A stretch of 37,809 nucleotides of DNA, from the NCBI GenBank assembly GCA_050012475.1, contig JBEKHC010000045.1:1-37809 (forward strand), in the 5' to 3' direction. Numbering within the stretch: the stretch's first letter is position 1; each line of letters opens with the position of its first letter. The position numbers and the translations under genes are program-made. The notes below the pieces were generated by a model. It had not been told where the DNA came from. It was given only the letters and a program-made list of their open reading frames with translations, and did no database searches. Of the stretch, positions 11,165 to 20,303 are shown piece after piece. Source of the stretch: Candidatus Velthaea sp. Its GTDB lineage: Bacteria; Vulcanimicrobiota; Vulcanimicrobiia; Vulcanimicrobiales; Vulcanimicrobiaceae.

Positions 11165-11185
11165 ATAAGCCGGAAGGACACTGAC

Positions 11186-12871
11186 GTGAACGGGGCAAGG
11201 GCGGCACTGGAAGCGTGTAAACGCGAAGGCGCCGATGCAATTTTCGGATATCCGGGCGGCACGATCATGCCGTTTTACGACGCAATGTTTGGCGATCCGG
11301 ATATCCGCCACTACCTCGTCCGGCACGAAGCCGCGGCCGTTTTCGCGGCCAGCGGGTACGCGCGGACGACGGGTCGCGTCGGGCTCTGCACCGCGACGAG
11401 CGGTCCGGGAGCAACCAATCTCGTGACCGGTCTGCTGGACGCGTTCATGGACAGCGTGCCGATCGTCGCGATCACCGGTCAGGTGCGGACGGGCCTCATG
11501 GGGACCGACGGCTTTCAAGAAGCCGACGTCTGCGCGATCACCCAGCCGGTCACCAAGTACAACGTGCTGGTGCGCAACCCCGGCGACATCCCCGCCGCGA
11601 TCGCCGAAGCGTTTGCTTTAGCCCGCTCCGGGCGCCCGGGGCCGGTGCTCGTCGACATCCCGACCGATGTGCTCAAGGCGGCGATGCCCGAGAATCCGCG
11701 CCCGGCCCGGATCGCCGGCTTGCAGCCCAACGTCGCACCCGATCCGGCCGCCATCGCGCGGGCGATCGAACTGCTGCGCGCCGCGAAACGGCCGGTACTC
11801 ATCGCCGGCGGCGGCATCCGCCATCCCGACGCAGTGGCCGCCTTCCGGCGCTTCGCGGCCCTGGTGGGCGCTCCGCAAACGACGACGCTCAACGGCTTAG
11901 GCGCCGTGGCGGCGGGCGATTGGCGCGACATGGGCATGCTGGGCATGCACGGAACCAAAGCCGCCAACCTTGCGGTCCACGAGAGCGACGTGTTGTTCGC
12001 GCTGGGCATGCGCTTCGACGACCGGGTCACTGGGCGCACCGACCGCTTCGCCCAAGATGCCAAGGTGGTGCACGCCGACATCGACGCCAGCGAATTCCAC
12101 AAGATCGTTGCCGCCGAGGTCTCGCTGCGCGGCGACATCGCCCCAACGCTGGTCGCGCTCGCCGACGAACTCGAGCGGCATCCGGCGCCGCGGTTCGACG
12201 ATTGGGCGCGTGAAGCGACCGCTCGCTCGATGAAACTCCCGACCGATCGCATCGGTGCGCAAAACCTGTCGGCGACAACCGTTCTCGACCGGTTCTTTGA
12301 AACCGTGCCGTCCAACGCGGTCGTCACCACCGACGTCGGCCAGCACCAGATGTGGGCTGCACAGCGGATCCGGCCGCGCGAACCGCGCGCGTTCGCCACC
12401 TCGGCGGGTCTGGGTTCGATGGGCTTCGGCTTCCCCGCCGCCATCGGTGCGCAGGTCGCCCACCCCGACCGCCCGGTCTTCGCCATCGTGGGCGACGGCG
12501 GTTTTCAAATGTCGCTCTTCGAGCTGGCGACGCTCAAGCGGTTCAGCCTGCCGGTAAAGATCGTGCTGATCGACAACCGGAATCTGGGCATGGTGCGCCA
12601 GTGGCAAGAGCTCTTCTACGATGAACGCTACTCGGCCACGAACCTGTCGGACAATCCGGACTTTGCCGCGATCGCGGCGGCCTACGGGATCCGCAGCGAG
12701 ACGGTCGACGCCGTTGGCGATCTCGACTCCGCCTTCGGCCGCCTGATCGGCATCCCGGGTCCGGCCCTCCTGCACTGCGCCTGCTACCCGGCGGAGAACG
12801 TCTGGCCGATGATCCCCGGTGGCGGATCGATCGACGATGTCATGATCGCCCGGGCGCCGGTGCCGGCATGA
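11186..12871 (+). CDS. ilvB: Acetolactate synthase large subunit (biosynthetic)
   Basis: IFGYPGG, RHE, TSGPGATN, RFDDRVTG, TDVGQHQMW, GDGGFQM, MVRQWQ; GTG start at 11186 downstream of the attenuator. Confidence 0.96.
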   Translation: MNGARAALEACKREGADAIFGYPGGTIMPFYDAMFGDPDIRHYLVRHEAAAVFAASGYARTTGRVGLCTATSGPGATNLVTGLLDAFMDSVPIVAITGQVRTGLMGTDGFQEADVCAITQPVTKYNVLVRNPGDIPAAIAEAFALARSGRPGPVLVDIPTDVLKAAMPENPRPARIAGLQPNVAPDPAAIARAIELLRAAKRPVLIAGGGIRHPDAVAAFRRFAALVGAPQTTTLNGLGAVAAGDWRDMGMLGMHGTKAANLAVHESDVLFALGMRFDDRVTGRTDRFAQDAKVVHADIDASEFHKIVAAEVSLRGDIAPTLVALADELERHPAPRFDDWAREATARSMKLPTDRIGAQNLSATTVLDRFFETVPSNAVVTTDVGQHQMWAAQRIRPREPRAFATSAGLGSMGFGFPAAIGAQVAHPDRPVFAIVGDGGFQMSLFELATLKRFSLPVKIVLIDNRNLGMVRQWQELFYDERYSATNLSDNPDFAAIAAAYGIRSETVDAVGDLDSAFGRLIGIPGPALLHCACYPAENVWPMIPGGGSIDDVMIARAPVPA

Positions 12872-13083
12872 TGACCATCGACGAAACCGTGAACGATCCG
12901 CGCCTGGTGGCGCGGATCGTCAACTTGGCCGAACGCTGCGGCTGCCGCTACCGCAGCATCAGCGCCGAATCGAACGACGACCTCGCGACCCGTATCCGCT
13001 GCGAGTTTTCCGGCGAAGCCGAATCCCTGCGCCGCCTCGAGGCGCAGATCGCGCGCCTCGTCGCCGTCGACCGCCTTACCTAA
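12868..13083 (+). CDS. ACT-domain-only acetolactate synthase small subunit (IlvM/IlvN-like)
   Basis: ATGA coupling to ilvB; 71 aa with an ACT-like pattern ending RLEAQIARLVAV. Confidence 0.7.
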   Translation: MMTIDETVNDPRLVARIVNLAERCGCRYRSISAESNDDLATRIRCEFSGEAESLRRLEAQIARLVAVDRLT

Positions 13084-13090
13084 TCGCGCT

Positions 13091-13125
13091 TATCGTTCGG
13101 GCCGGCGTCTATCGTTCGGGCCGGC
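13091..13125. repeat. 16-bp direct repeat (TATCGTTCGGGCCGGC x2)
   Basis: Exact copies at 13091-13106 and 13110-13125 between convergent stops. Confidence 0.85.
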
Positions 13126-13128
13126 CGG

Positions 13129-15951
13129 TCAGCGGGCGGCGGGTGACGGCAGCGTGCTCACGATCTGCGCGCAGGGCGCGCACAGCAGCGGGTGCTGCGG
13201 ATCGCTGCCCAGCGGCAAATATTTCCAGCAGCGAGCGCACTTCTCGCCGTGCGCCGGTTCGGTGGTCACGGCGGCCGCGCCGTTGGCCGACGGCGCGATG
13301 CCCAGCAGCGACGAAACGATGAGCGCTTCGCGCACGTTGTCGCTCATCGCCCGCAAACGCGGGACGGATGCCGGGGGCACGTCGATGCGCGCGTCGAGTG
13401 CGAAGTCGACGGCGCCCGTTGCGGCGACCTCGGCGCGCAGATCCTTGAGCAGTTGCCAGTCGGTCAGCGCTTCGGCATCGACATCGGCAATCTGCGGAAA
13501 CGCGATGTCGAAGACAGACTCGCACGACCCGCGCAGGGCGGCCGGCAACGCCTGCCACGCTTCTTCAGCGGTGAACGACAGGACCGGCGCGAGCAGAACG
13601 GCGATCGTGCGCAGCATCTCGAGCAGCGCGCTTTGCGCGCTGCGCCGGCGCGGCGCATCCGGCGCGCTCGAATACAGGCGGTCTTTGAGCGCGGCGATGT
13701 AGAAACGCGAGAGGTCGTCGTTGTCGAATGCGACGAGCGCGAGGTAGGCGTCGTGCAGCCGGAACGCGCGATAGTGGTCGACGACGTCCTTGGCCAATCG
13801 ATCGAGTGCCGCGAGCGCCAAGCGATCGACCGGCTCGAGTTCCGCGCGCGTAACGACCGCCGCGGCGGGCAGATCGCCCACCGCGCTCAAGAAAAACCGC
13901 AGCCGGTTGCGCAAGTTCCGGTACACGTTGGCGACGGTCTCGAGCATCTTCGCACCCAAGCGCATGTCGGCGGTGTACTCGACGGACGCCGCCCATAGCC
14001 GCAACACGTCGGCGCCGTATTTCTCCATGCCCTCGACGGCGCCGATGTAGTTGCCGTCCGATTTGTGCATTGCACGGCCTTCGGCGTCGACGACCATGCC
14101 GGTCGAAACGACCCCCTTGTACGGCGGCGCGTCAAACACCGCGACCGACGTGATGAGGTTGCTGCGAAACCAGCCGCGATACTGATCGCTGCCTTCGAGA
14201 TACAGATCGGCGGGCCACGGCAGACCGCCGTTGCGCAGCACGGCGCGATGCGTCACGCCGGATTCGAACCAGATATCGACGATGTTGTATTCTTTTTCGA
14301 ATGTCGTCCCGCCGCACGTGGGGCAACGCAGATCGGGCGGCAAAAACGCGGTCACATCGTCGGTCCACCACATGTCCGAGGCGTTGGTGAGCAGTGGGCC
14401 TTCGCTGCGGAAACGCGACGCGACGATGCGCGCAACGCGCGGATCGACGATCGATTCACCGCACGTTTTGCACGCCAGGGCCGGGATCGGCGTTCCCCAC
14501 GTGCGTTGCCGGGAGACGCACCACTCGGGATGGTTGGCGATCATCTGCGTCATGCGCGCTTCGCCCCACGCCGGCAGCCAAGCGACGCTGGGGATCTGCT
14601 GCTCGATGCGCGCGCGCAGACCGTTGGCATCGAGCGATATGAACCACTGCGCGGTCGCGCGGAAGATGACCGGATTTTTGCACCGCCAGCAGTGCGGATA
14701 CGAATGGTCGTACGATTCCATGCGCACCAGCGCGCCCGATGCAGCGAGGTCGTCGATGATCTGCTGCTGGGCCTCGAAGATGTTGCGCCCGGCATACGGA
14801 CCGGCATCGGCCAGGAATGTCCCAGCCGCGTCGACTGGGTTGAGGATGGGCAACCCGAACTTCACGCCGGTCTCGAAGTCGTCGGTGCCGTGTCCGGGCG
14901 CGGTGTGCACGGCCCCGGTGCCGGTTACGAGATCGACGTAATCGGCCGTCACCACGACGGAATCCCGGTCCAGGAACGGATGGCGCACCGCGGCGCCCGC
15001 GAGCACCTCACCCGTCACGCGCCCGCGTTCCATCGGCGGTCCGGCGGCGCCCAACGCCGCGAGCACGGCCGGCGCGAGATCGACTGCGAAGATGTAGTCC
15101 TGCGCACCGAGCCGATAGACGGCGTATTCGGCGTCCGGCTTGAGCGCGATGGCGACGTTGCCGGGAAGCGTCCAGGGCGTCGTCGTCCAGATGACGATCG
15201 AGAGCGGCGTTCCGTCGTCGGCGGCGCCGAAGCGCGCGAGCAAATCGGCGCGCTGCGCAGGGTTCGCGCGAAAGCGAACGTAGATCGACGGCGACGTGCG
15301 ATCGTTGTACTCGATCTCCGCTTCGGCGAGCGCCGTCTCGTCGCTGACGCACCACAGCGTCGAGCGCAACCCTTTGTATAACTGGCCGGATTCGGCGAGA
15401 TCCGCCAGCGTGTCGGCGATCGTCGCCTCGAACTCCGGGGCGATCGTCATGTAGGGGCGTTCGTAATGACCGAACAGGCCCATACGCAGCATCGCCGTGC
15501 GCTGCCGGTCGAGCCAGTACAAGGCCCGATCCTTGCAGCGCGCGCGCAGCTCGATCGGATCGATCTTGTGGAAGTCGACGCCGAGGTGGGTCAAGGTTTC
15601 GCGCTCGATCGGCAGCCCGTGCATGTCCCAGCCGGGGATGAAATCGGCCCAGCGGCCGTCGAGCAAGGCAATCTTGACGAAGGCGTCTTTTAAGAAGCGG
15701 TTGAGGAAATGCCCCATGTGCAGGTCGCCGTTGGCGTACGGCGGCCCATCGTGCAGGATCCACGGCGTGCCGCCCTGCGCGCGGTTGCGCGCCAGGCGCT
15801 TGCCGTACGTGTCGTTCGCCGCCCACCACGCCACGCGCGCCGGTTCGCGTTTGGGCAACTCGGCGCGCATCGGAAAGTTGGTCGCCGGAAGATTGAGCGT
15901 CGCGCGATAGTCGGTTTTGGCCGGCACGTTATTGGTCGAGGTCTCGGGCAT
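13129..15951 (-). CDS. ileS: Isoleucine--tRNA ligase (IleRS1 type)
   Basis: HDGPPYANGDLHMGH, GWDMHGLPIE, WTTTPWTL, GTGAVHTAPGHG, SRQRTWG, AMHKS, C-terminal Zn finger CARC…CAPC. Confidence 0.98.
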   Translation of the reverse strand: MPETSTNNVPAKTDYRATLNLPATNFPMRAELPKREPARVAWWAANDTYGKRLARNRAQGGTPWILHDGPPYANGDLHMGHFLNRFLKDAFVKIALLDGRWADFIPGWDMHGLPIERETLTHLGVDFHKIDPIELRARCKDRALYWLDRQRTAMLRMGLFGHYERPYMTIAPEFEATIADTLADLAESGQLYKGLRSTLWCVSDETALAEAEIEYNDRTSPSIYVRFRANPAQRADLLARFGAADDGTPLSIVIWTTTPWTLPGNVAIALKPDAEYAVYRLGAQDYIFAVDLAPAVLAALGAAGPPMERGRVTGEVLAGAAVRHPFLDRDSVVVTADYVDLVTGTGAVHTAPGHGTDDFETGVKFGLPILNPVDAAGTFLADAGPYAGRNIFEAQQQIIDDLAASGALVRMESYDHSYPHCWRCKNPVIFRATAQWFISLDANGLRARIEQQIPSVAWLPAWGEARMTQMIANHPEWCVSRQRTWGTPIPALACKTCGESIVDPRVARIVASRFRSEGPLLTNASDMWWTDDVTAFLPPDLRCPTCGGTTFEKEYNIVDIWFESGVTHRAVLRNGGLPWPADLYLEGSDQYRGWFRSNLITSVAVFDAPPYKGVVSTGMVVDAEGRAMHKSDGNYIGAVEGMEKYGADVLRLWAASVEYTADMRLGAKMLETVANVYRNLRNRLRFFLSAVGDLPAAAVVTRAELEPVDRLALAALDRLAKDVVDHYRAFRLHDAYLALVAFDNDDLSRFYIAALKDRLYSSAPDAPRRRSAQSALLEMLRTIAVLLAPVLSFTAEEAWQALPAALRGSCESVFDIAFPQIADVDAEALTDWQLLKDLRAEVAATGAVDFALDARIDVPPASVPRLRAMSDNVREALIVSSLLGIAPSANGAAAVTTEPAHGEKCARCWKYLPLGSDPQHPLLCAPCAQIVSTLPSPAAR

Positions 15952-15990
15952 AAGCGGGAGCAGTTCGGGACATCCCCGAGCAGCCCATGC

Positions 15991-16190
15991 AGGGTTCGAC
16001 TTCGTCGAACCCGTGGCGTTCGGCGCTGCGCGCCGAGCCGCGGGCGTCTGGTGTACGTCGAAGCTGCGGAAGGGCTCGAAGAGCCCGTGGCGTTCGGCGC
16101 TTCGCGCGAGCCGCGGGCGTTTGGTGTACGTCGAAGCTGCGGGAGGGCTCGAATTGGTCGGACCCGTGGCGTTCGGCGCTGCGCGCCGAG
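15991..16190. repeat. Tandem structured repeats (about 2.6 units of 73-80 bp)
   Basis: CCCGTGGCGTTCGGCGCT at 16010, 16084 and 16163; TGGTGTACGTCGAAGCTGCGG twice; each unit forms hairpins. Confidence 0.9.
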
Positions 16191-16202
16191 GCTTTGGCTT
16201 CG

Positions 16203-16211
16203 ATTTTAGCA
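16203..16211 (-). promoter_or_regulatory. Candidate extended -10 promoter for ileS (TGcTAAAAT)
   Basis: Minus-strand TG-N-TAAAAT upstream of the repeats; no clear -35. Confidence 0.45.
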
Positions 16212-16248
16212 GCGGGGTGTTTGGTGCTTCGCGGCTCGGCTTGTGGGG

Positions 16249-17205
16249 CTAGGCGGCGCGGTCGAAGATGTGGAGGGTTCGTTCGCGGTCGAGCCAACCG
16301 GCGAGGCGGCCGCCGTCGACGACGGCGATCTGTTTGCGATCGCTGCTGCGGAACGCGGTGACCGCGTCGAGTGCCGTCGCCGACGACGCCAACGAAAAGC
16401 CGTCGTCGACGCGATCGTCGGCACCCGCAGCGTCCATCACGTCGCTCACGCGCACCCGCTCGAGCCGTTCGGTGAAGCGCGCATCGAGCAGCTGCGACCA
16501 GCCCTGGCGCAGCAGAAATGCGCCGATCAAGACGTACCACACGTGTTGCCAAGCATGCCCGACGGCCATCGACGCCAGACCGCCGACGACCAGCACCACC
16601 GCGAGGACCAGTCCGACGATCGCGGCTGCGCCGGTTGCGGCCGCCCGGCTCTTGCGCGCCTGCCAGACAGCAGCGCGCAACACGCGGCCGCCATCCATCG
16701 GAAACGCGGGGATGAGATTGAACGCAGCCAACACGCCGTTAGCAAGCGCGAGATAGGCCACGACGAGACCCAGCGCATCGCCGAATGCACCGCCGTCCCA
16801 GCGTTCGAACAACATCAGCATGCCGAAAGCGCAAGCGCCGATCGCTGCGCTCATCGCCGGACCGGCCAACGCGATCATCACTTCGGCGCCGGGCGACGGT
16901 GGTTCGCATTCTAGCATGGCGACACCGCCGAACAAGAACAACGTGATCGCCCGCGTGCGGACGCCGTACAGCCGGGCGACCAGCGCGTGCGCGAACTCGT
17001 GCGCGATCACGCTGACGAACAACAGCAGCGCGCACAGCGCGGCCAGACCGAGCGCGAGCGGGCGCGGGACGCCGCTGATGCTGCCCGCGATCGACAACGT
17101 CGCGAACGCATACACGACGAACCAAGAGACGTGCACGCCGACGCGGATATCGAACAAGCGGCCGAAGCTGAAGGTCTGCTGCATCGAAGACAGCCGGTCG
17201 TTCAC
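16249..17205 (-). CDS. Site-2 protease (peptidase M50) with a short CBS-like C-terminus
   Basis: HEFAH zinc motif and FNLIPAFPMDGGR; the start may be the ATG at 17184. Confidence 0.93.
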   Translation of the reverse strand: MNDRLSSMQQTFSFGRLFDIRVGVHVSWFVVYAFATLSIAGSISGVPRPLALGLAALCALLLFVSVIAHEFAHALVARLYGVRTRAITLFLFGGVAMLECEPPSPGAEVMIALAGPAMSAAIGACAFGMLMLFERWDGGAFGDALGLVVAYLALANGVLAAFNLIPAFPMDGGRVLRAAVWQARKSRAAATGAAAIVGLVLAVVLVVGGLASMAVGHAWQHVWYVLIGAFLLRQGWSQLLDARFTERLERVRVSDVMDAAGADDRVDDGFSLASSATALDAVTAFRSSDRKQIAVVDGGRLAGWLDRERTLHIFDRAA

Positions 17206-17217
17206 GCGGGCCGCGTC

Positions 17218-18327
17218 TCACGCCTGCCGATTCTTCGCGTCGTTTGTTATGAGTTCGTCGAGGACGTCGAAGTTGCGCTCGGCCAGCCGTTCGATCTCCG
17301 GCGCGATGCTGCGCAAATGCGCGGCCAGCTCGTCACGGCGCGACCACGCCGCGTCGATCCGCTGCTCGACCTCCGCGCTCGGTGGAACGCGTTCGCCGGG
17401 CACGAACAACGGCTCGAGCGGATAGCACAGCTCGTCGAGCAGTCCGTTCACCTTGGGATCGTACGGAACCGCCGTGAACGGAACGCCCAGCCGCGCCGCG
17501 ATGATGAGCGCGTGAAGGCGCATCCCAACGACGAAACGCGAACGTGCGATCACCTGCGCGGCTTGGGGCAACGAATAGTTCGGCAGCAGCACCGGGCTCG
17601 AACGGCAGCGCCGGATCACGGCCGTGGAGGTTTCAGCATCCGACGCTCCGCCCAACGGCAGAAACGCGACGCGCGCGTCGTACGCTTGCGCGAGCCGGTC
17701 GACGGCCGTCGCAATCACCGTGGCCGTGTGGTCCGCGCCGCGCCAGCGCCGAACCGACACGACGACGAGCGGATCGCTGGCGTCCAAGCCTTCCGCGCTT
17801 AAGTTCAGCGGCGTTTCTCCCGGCGCAAACAAAAACACCGGATCGGCCGTGCGTTCGACCGGCGTCCCCGGCAGCAGCGGCTCGAGGAGCGTCCGCGAAC
17901 GTTCGTCGCGGACCGTAGCGCGCGCGACGCCGCGGCAGAATCGGCGAACGACCATTTTTCCCCACACATCGAGCGGCCCGACGGATTGCGCGAAGATCAT
18001 CGTCGGTTTGTTCGCGCGCACCGCCAGGCGAACGATGCCCGCATAATACACCAAACTGCGTAAGCTCGTTGCGTTCTGCAACAGCCCGCCGCCGCCCGAG
18101 ATGACCACGTCGGCTGCGGCGATCGCGCGGCGCACGGCCTGCGGGTCGGCGCGCGGCGTCGCCACGACGCCGTAGGTACGGGCCGTGTCCTCCACGTCGC
18201 CGCTGAGCACGTCGATCTCGCAGTGCGCGTGACGGCGACGCAGCGTTTGCACGATCACGCTCAAGAGCGCTTCATCGCCGAGATTACCGAACCCGTAGTA
18301 TCCCGACAGCAGAAAGCGCGGCTTCAC
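17218..18327 (-). CDS. csaB: Polysaccharide pyruvyl transferase CsaB
   Basis: LLSGYYGFGNLGDEA, ISGGGGLLQN, VRD, ADP, GMRLHALI, YDPKV; GTG start overlaps the upstream stop. Confidence 0.93.
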   Translation of the reverse strand: MKPRFLLSGYYGFGNLGDEALLSVIVQTLRRRHAHCEIDVLSGDVEDTARTYGVVATPRADPQAVRRAIAAADVVISGGGGLLQNATSLRSLVYYAGIVRLAVRANKPTMIFAQSVGPLDVWGKMVVRRFCRGVARATVRDERSRTLLEPLLPGTPVERTADPVFLFAPGETPLNLSAEGLDASDPLVVVSVRRWRGADHTATVIATAVDRLAQAYDARVAFLPLGGASDAETSTAVIRRCRSSPVLLPNYSLPQAAQVIARSRFVVGMRLHALIIAARLGVPFTAVPYDPKVNGLLDELCYPLEPLFVPGERVPPSAEVEQRIDAAWSRRDELAAHLRSIAPEIERLAERNFDVLDELITNDAKNRQA

Positions 18328-20303
18328 CGCGCGCGCCGGTACAACCCGATGGCAAGGATGCCGACGATCGCGCCGAGGACGACTCCGTTCACGATGCGCA
18401 GCACGGAGATCAGCAGCGGCGTGTGCAGGTGCGAGAAGGTGTCGACGACATCGCCCAGACCCATCCCGATCGCGAGCACGAACAGCCAGCCGAAGGTCCG
18501 CCGATCGGCGGGCGTCAGCGCCGGCACCAGCATCAGTGCGGGAAAGCCGATCAGGAACTCCTTGAACCGCGGACGCACGCTCAGGATCGAGGTCAGGTGC
18601 GAGCGCAGCGCCAGCTCGAAGGACGACGGAGTAATGTCGCTCTGATTGCCGCTGCGCGCCTGCAGAACGTAGGCGCCGCCGACGATGAGGATGCCCAGCG
18701 CGAGTTGATACAAGCGGACCGGGGCATTCGCTGCGGCGATCGGATCGTCGACCCGCGCGCCCCACAGCCCATTGAGCAGATACAGCGCGAGGGCCGCCAG
18801 CGGCGGGGCCAGCAACAGCAGTTTGACGCCGGCGAACCGGTCGACTTCGACCATCGTCAACGGCGTCGAGAGCAAACCGATCACGATGAGCGCGCCGCCC
18901 AGCGTTACCGCCGTCGCCAAAACCATCACCCGCAATCCCGGGCCGATCAAAGCCGCCCACGAACGCGCCGGCCGCAGCGAGAACGCCGGTGCGATCGTGG
19001 CAAAACCCGCGACGGGAAACACGATCCCCGCCGCGAGCGCGAGCGCTTGGCGGGCGAGCATGTCGTGGTGCAGCGCGTATCCGGCAATGACGAGCACGAG
19101 ATCGCAACCGATGAGGCTCAACGCCGGAATCCGGCCGCCCATCCCCAGCGTATCGAGCAGCAAGAGCGCCATCGCGGGGACCGCCAACGAGACGAGCCCC
19201 ACCAGCCACGGCTGCACGACGAACGGATAGATCGGCGATGCGCCACCTAGCCGATAGCCGTCACGCCGCACGCCGTCGGCGATGCGCCGCACCAGCTCGA
19301 CATTCGTGGCTTCGATCGAAAGCGGCCCTTTGCCCAGATCCCATTGATGCGCGAACGGACGCAGGTAGAGCACCCGGATGTTGCGTTCGCGCACGCCCAG
19401 CAGATAGCGCTCGATGATGTCGCGCGGCAAGAGCTTGTCCTGTTCGAGTTTCGAGATCGCCTGCACGCGAACGATCCGGCCCGGGATCTTGCGCGCGAGG
19501 TCGTCGGACCCCGCTTGCACTTGTTTGGGATCGTAGGTTTCGATGTCGCCGAAATTGAGTTTGGTCCGCAAAAACATCTGCGCCGTCGCGTCCAGACTCG
19601 ACGGATAGCCCAAGACCGCATTGCGCAAACCGAAGAAAATCAGCGTGCGCGCGCGCGCGCCCTGCGCCGCGCTCTTGACGAGCGCATCGATTTGCGGGCC
19701 GTCGAAACGTTCGTCGTTCTGCAGCCGCGGCGCGAGATCGAGGCCCAAGCTCTTGGCCAGCGCGACACGGTCGGCGGACAAGCCCAAGCCGACCGCCGCG
19801 AAATAATCGCTTTGCGTGCGGATCGCGAAGATGACCGGCAGCGCGGCCCGCAAGACGCGCACCGTTTTGGGGGCGAACTTCAAGCCAAGCTGCGTGCGAT
19901 AGCGCTGCGCCGTCGGCGCGTCGTAGGCGATCAGATAGACCTCGTCGGGCCGCAACCCGCCCGTGCGCGCGAGGCCCGCCAGCACCGGATCGCTCAGCGA
20001 ACCCAGCCGCGCTTGCGCCAGCAGCGTCGTGCCGGCGTAGACCGCGCCGCTGCCCGACGACGAAACGCCGCTGCCCAACTCTTCGGCCACAGCCAGCGAC
20101 GTCAAGCCGGCGCCTTTGAGCGCGCGCAGAAACGAGCGCTGATCGTAACCGTACGACCGCGCCAGCGAAGCGAAATCGGCATCGTCCAGCACGATCTCGA
20201 CGTAGCGCGCCTGGGCCTCGTGATGGATGCGCCGCACCGCGACATATGCTGCTGCCGCCAGCCCAACGGCAAGCAGAATGAGGAGGATGCGGCGGTACGT
20301 CAC
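18324..20303 (-). CDS. DUF5693-like membrane protein (N-terminal anchor, large extracytoplasmic domain, multi-TM C-terminus)
   Basis: ERNIRVLYLR, FAGVK, RSGN, VRPRFKEFLIGFP and TFSHLHTP motifs recalled from the family usually found next to csaB. Confidence 0.8.
   Translation of the reverse strand: MTYRRILLILLAVGLAAAAYVAVRRIHHEAQARYVEIVLDDADFASLARSYGYDQRSFLRALKGAGLTSLAVAEELGSGVSSSGSGAVYAGTTLLAQARLGSLSDPVLAGLARTGGLRPDEVYLIAYDAPTAQRYRTQLGLKFAPKTVRVLRAALPVIFAIRTQSDYFAAVGLGLSADRVALAKSLGLDLAPRLQNDERFDGPQIDALVKSAAQGARARTLIFFGLRNAVLGYPSSLDATAQMFLRTKLNFGDIETYDPKQVQAGSDDLARKIPGRIVRVQAISKLEQDKLLPRDIIERYLLGVRERNIRVLYLRPFAHQWDLGKGPLSIEATNVELVRRIADGVRRDGYRLGGASPIYPFVVQPWLVGLVSLAVPAMALLLLDTLGMGGRIPALSLIGCDLVLVIAGYALHHDMLARQALALAAGIVFPVAGFATIAPAFSLRPARSWAALIGPGLRVMVLATAVTLGGALIVIGLLSTPLTMVEVDRFAGVKLLLLAPPLAALALYLLNGLWGARVDDPIAAANAPVRLYQLALGILIVGGAYVLQARSGNQSDITPSSFELALRSHLTSILSVRPRFKEFLIGFPALMLVPALTPADRRTFGWLFVLAIGMGLGDVVDTFSHLHTPLLISVLRIVNGVVLGAIVGILAIGLYRRAR

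Noticed and set aside
11126..11185. Upstream GTG start for ilvB
   Set aside because: It runs through the attenuator hairpin; similarity to IlvB begins at 11186
15991..16190. CRISPR array
   Set aside because: The sequence between the conserved blocks is itself repeated rather than unique, there are only about 3 units, and no cas genes are in the window
15952..16248. T-box riboswitch upstream of ileS
   Set aside because: No GGTGGNACC-type T-box sequence or terminator is visible on the minus strand
15929..16552. Repeat-containing ORF (SARSAERHG twice)
   Set aside because: The repeat periods (74 and 79 bp) are not multiples of 3, and the ORF overlaps the M50 gene out of frame
18328..19209. Long N-terminal extension of csaB in the ORF track
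   Set aside because: It is an out-of-frame overlap with the DUF5693-like gene; CsaB motifs begin at 18327
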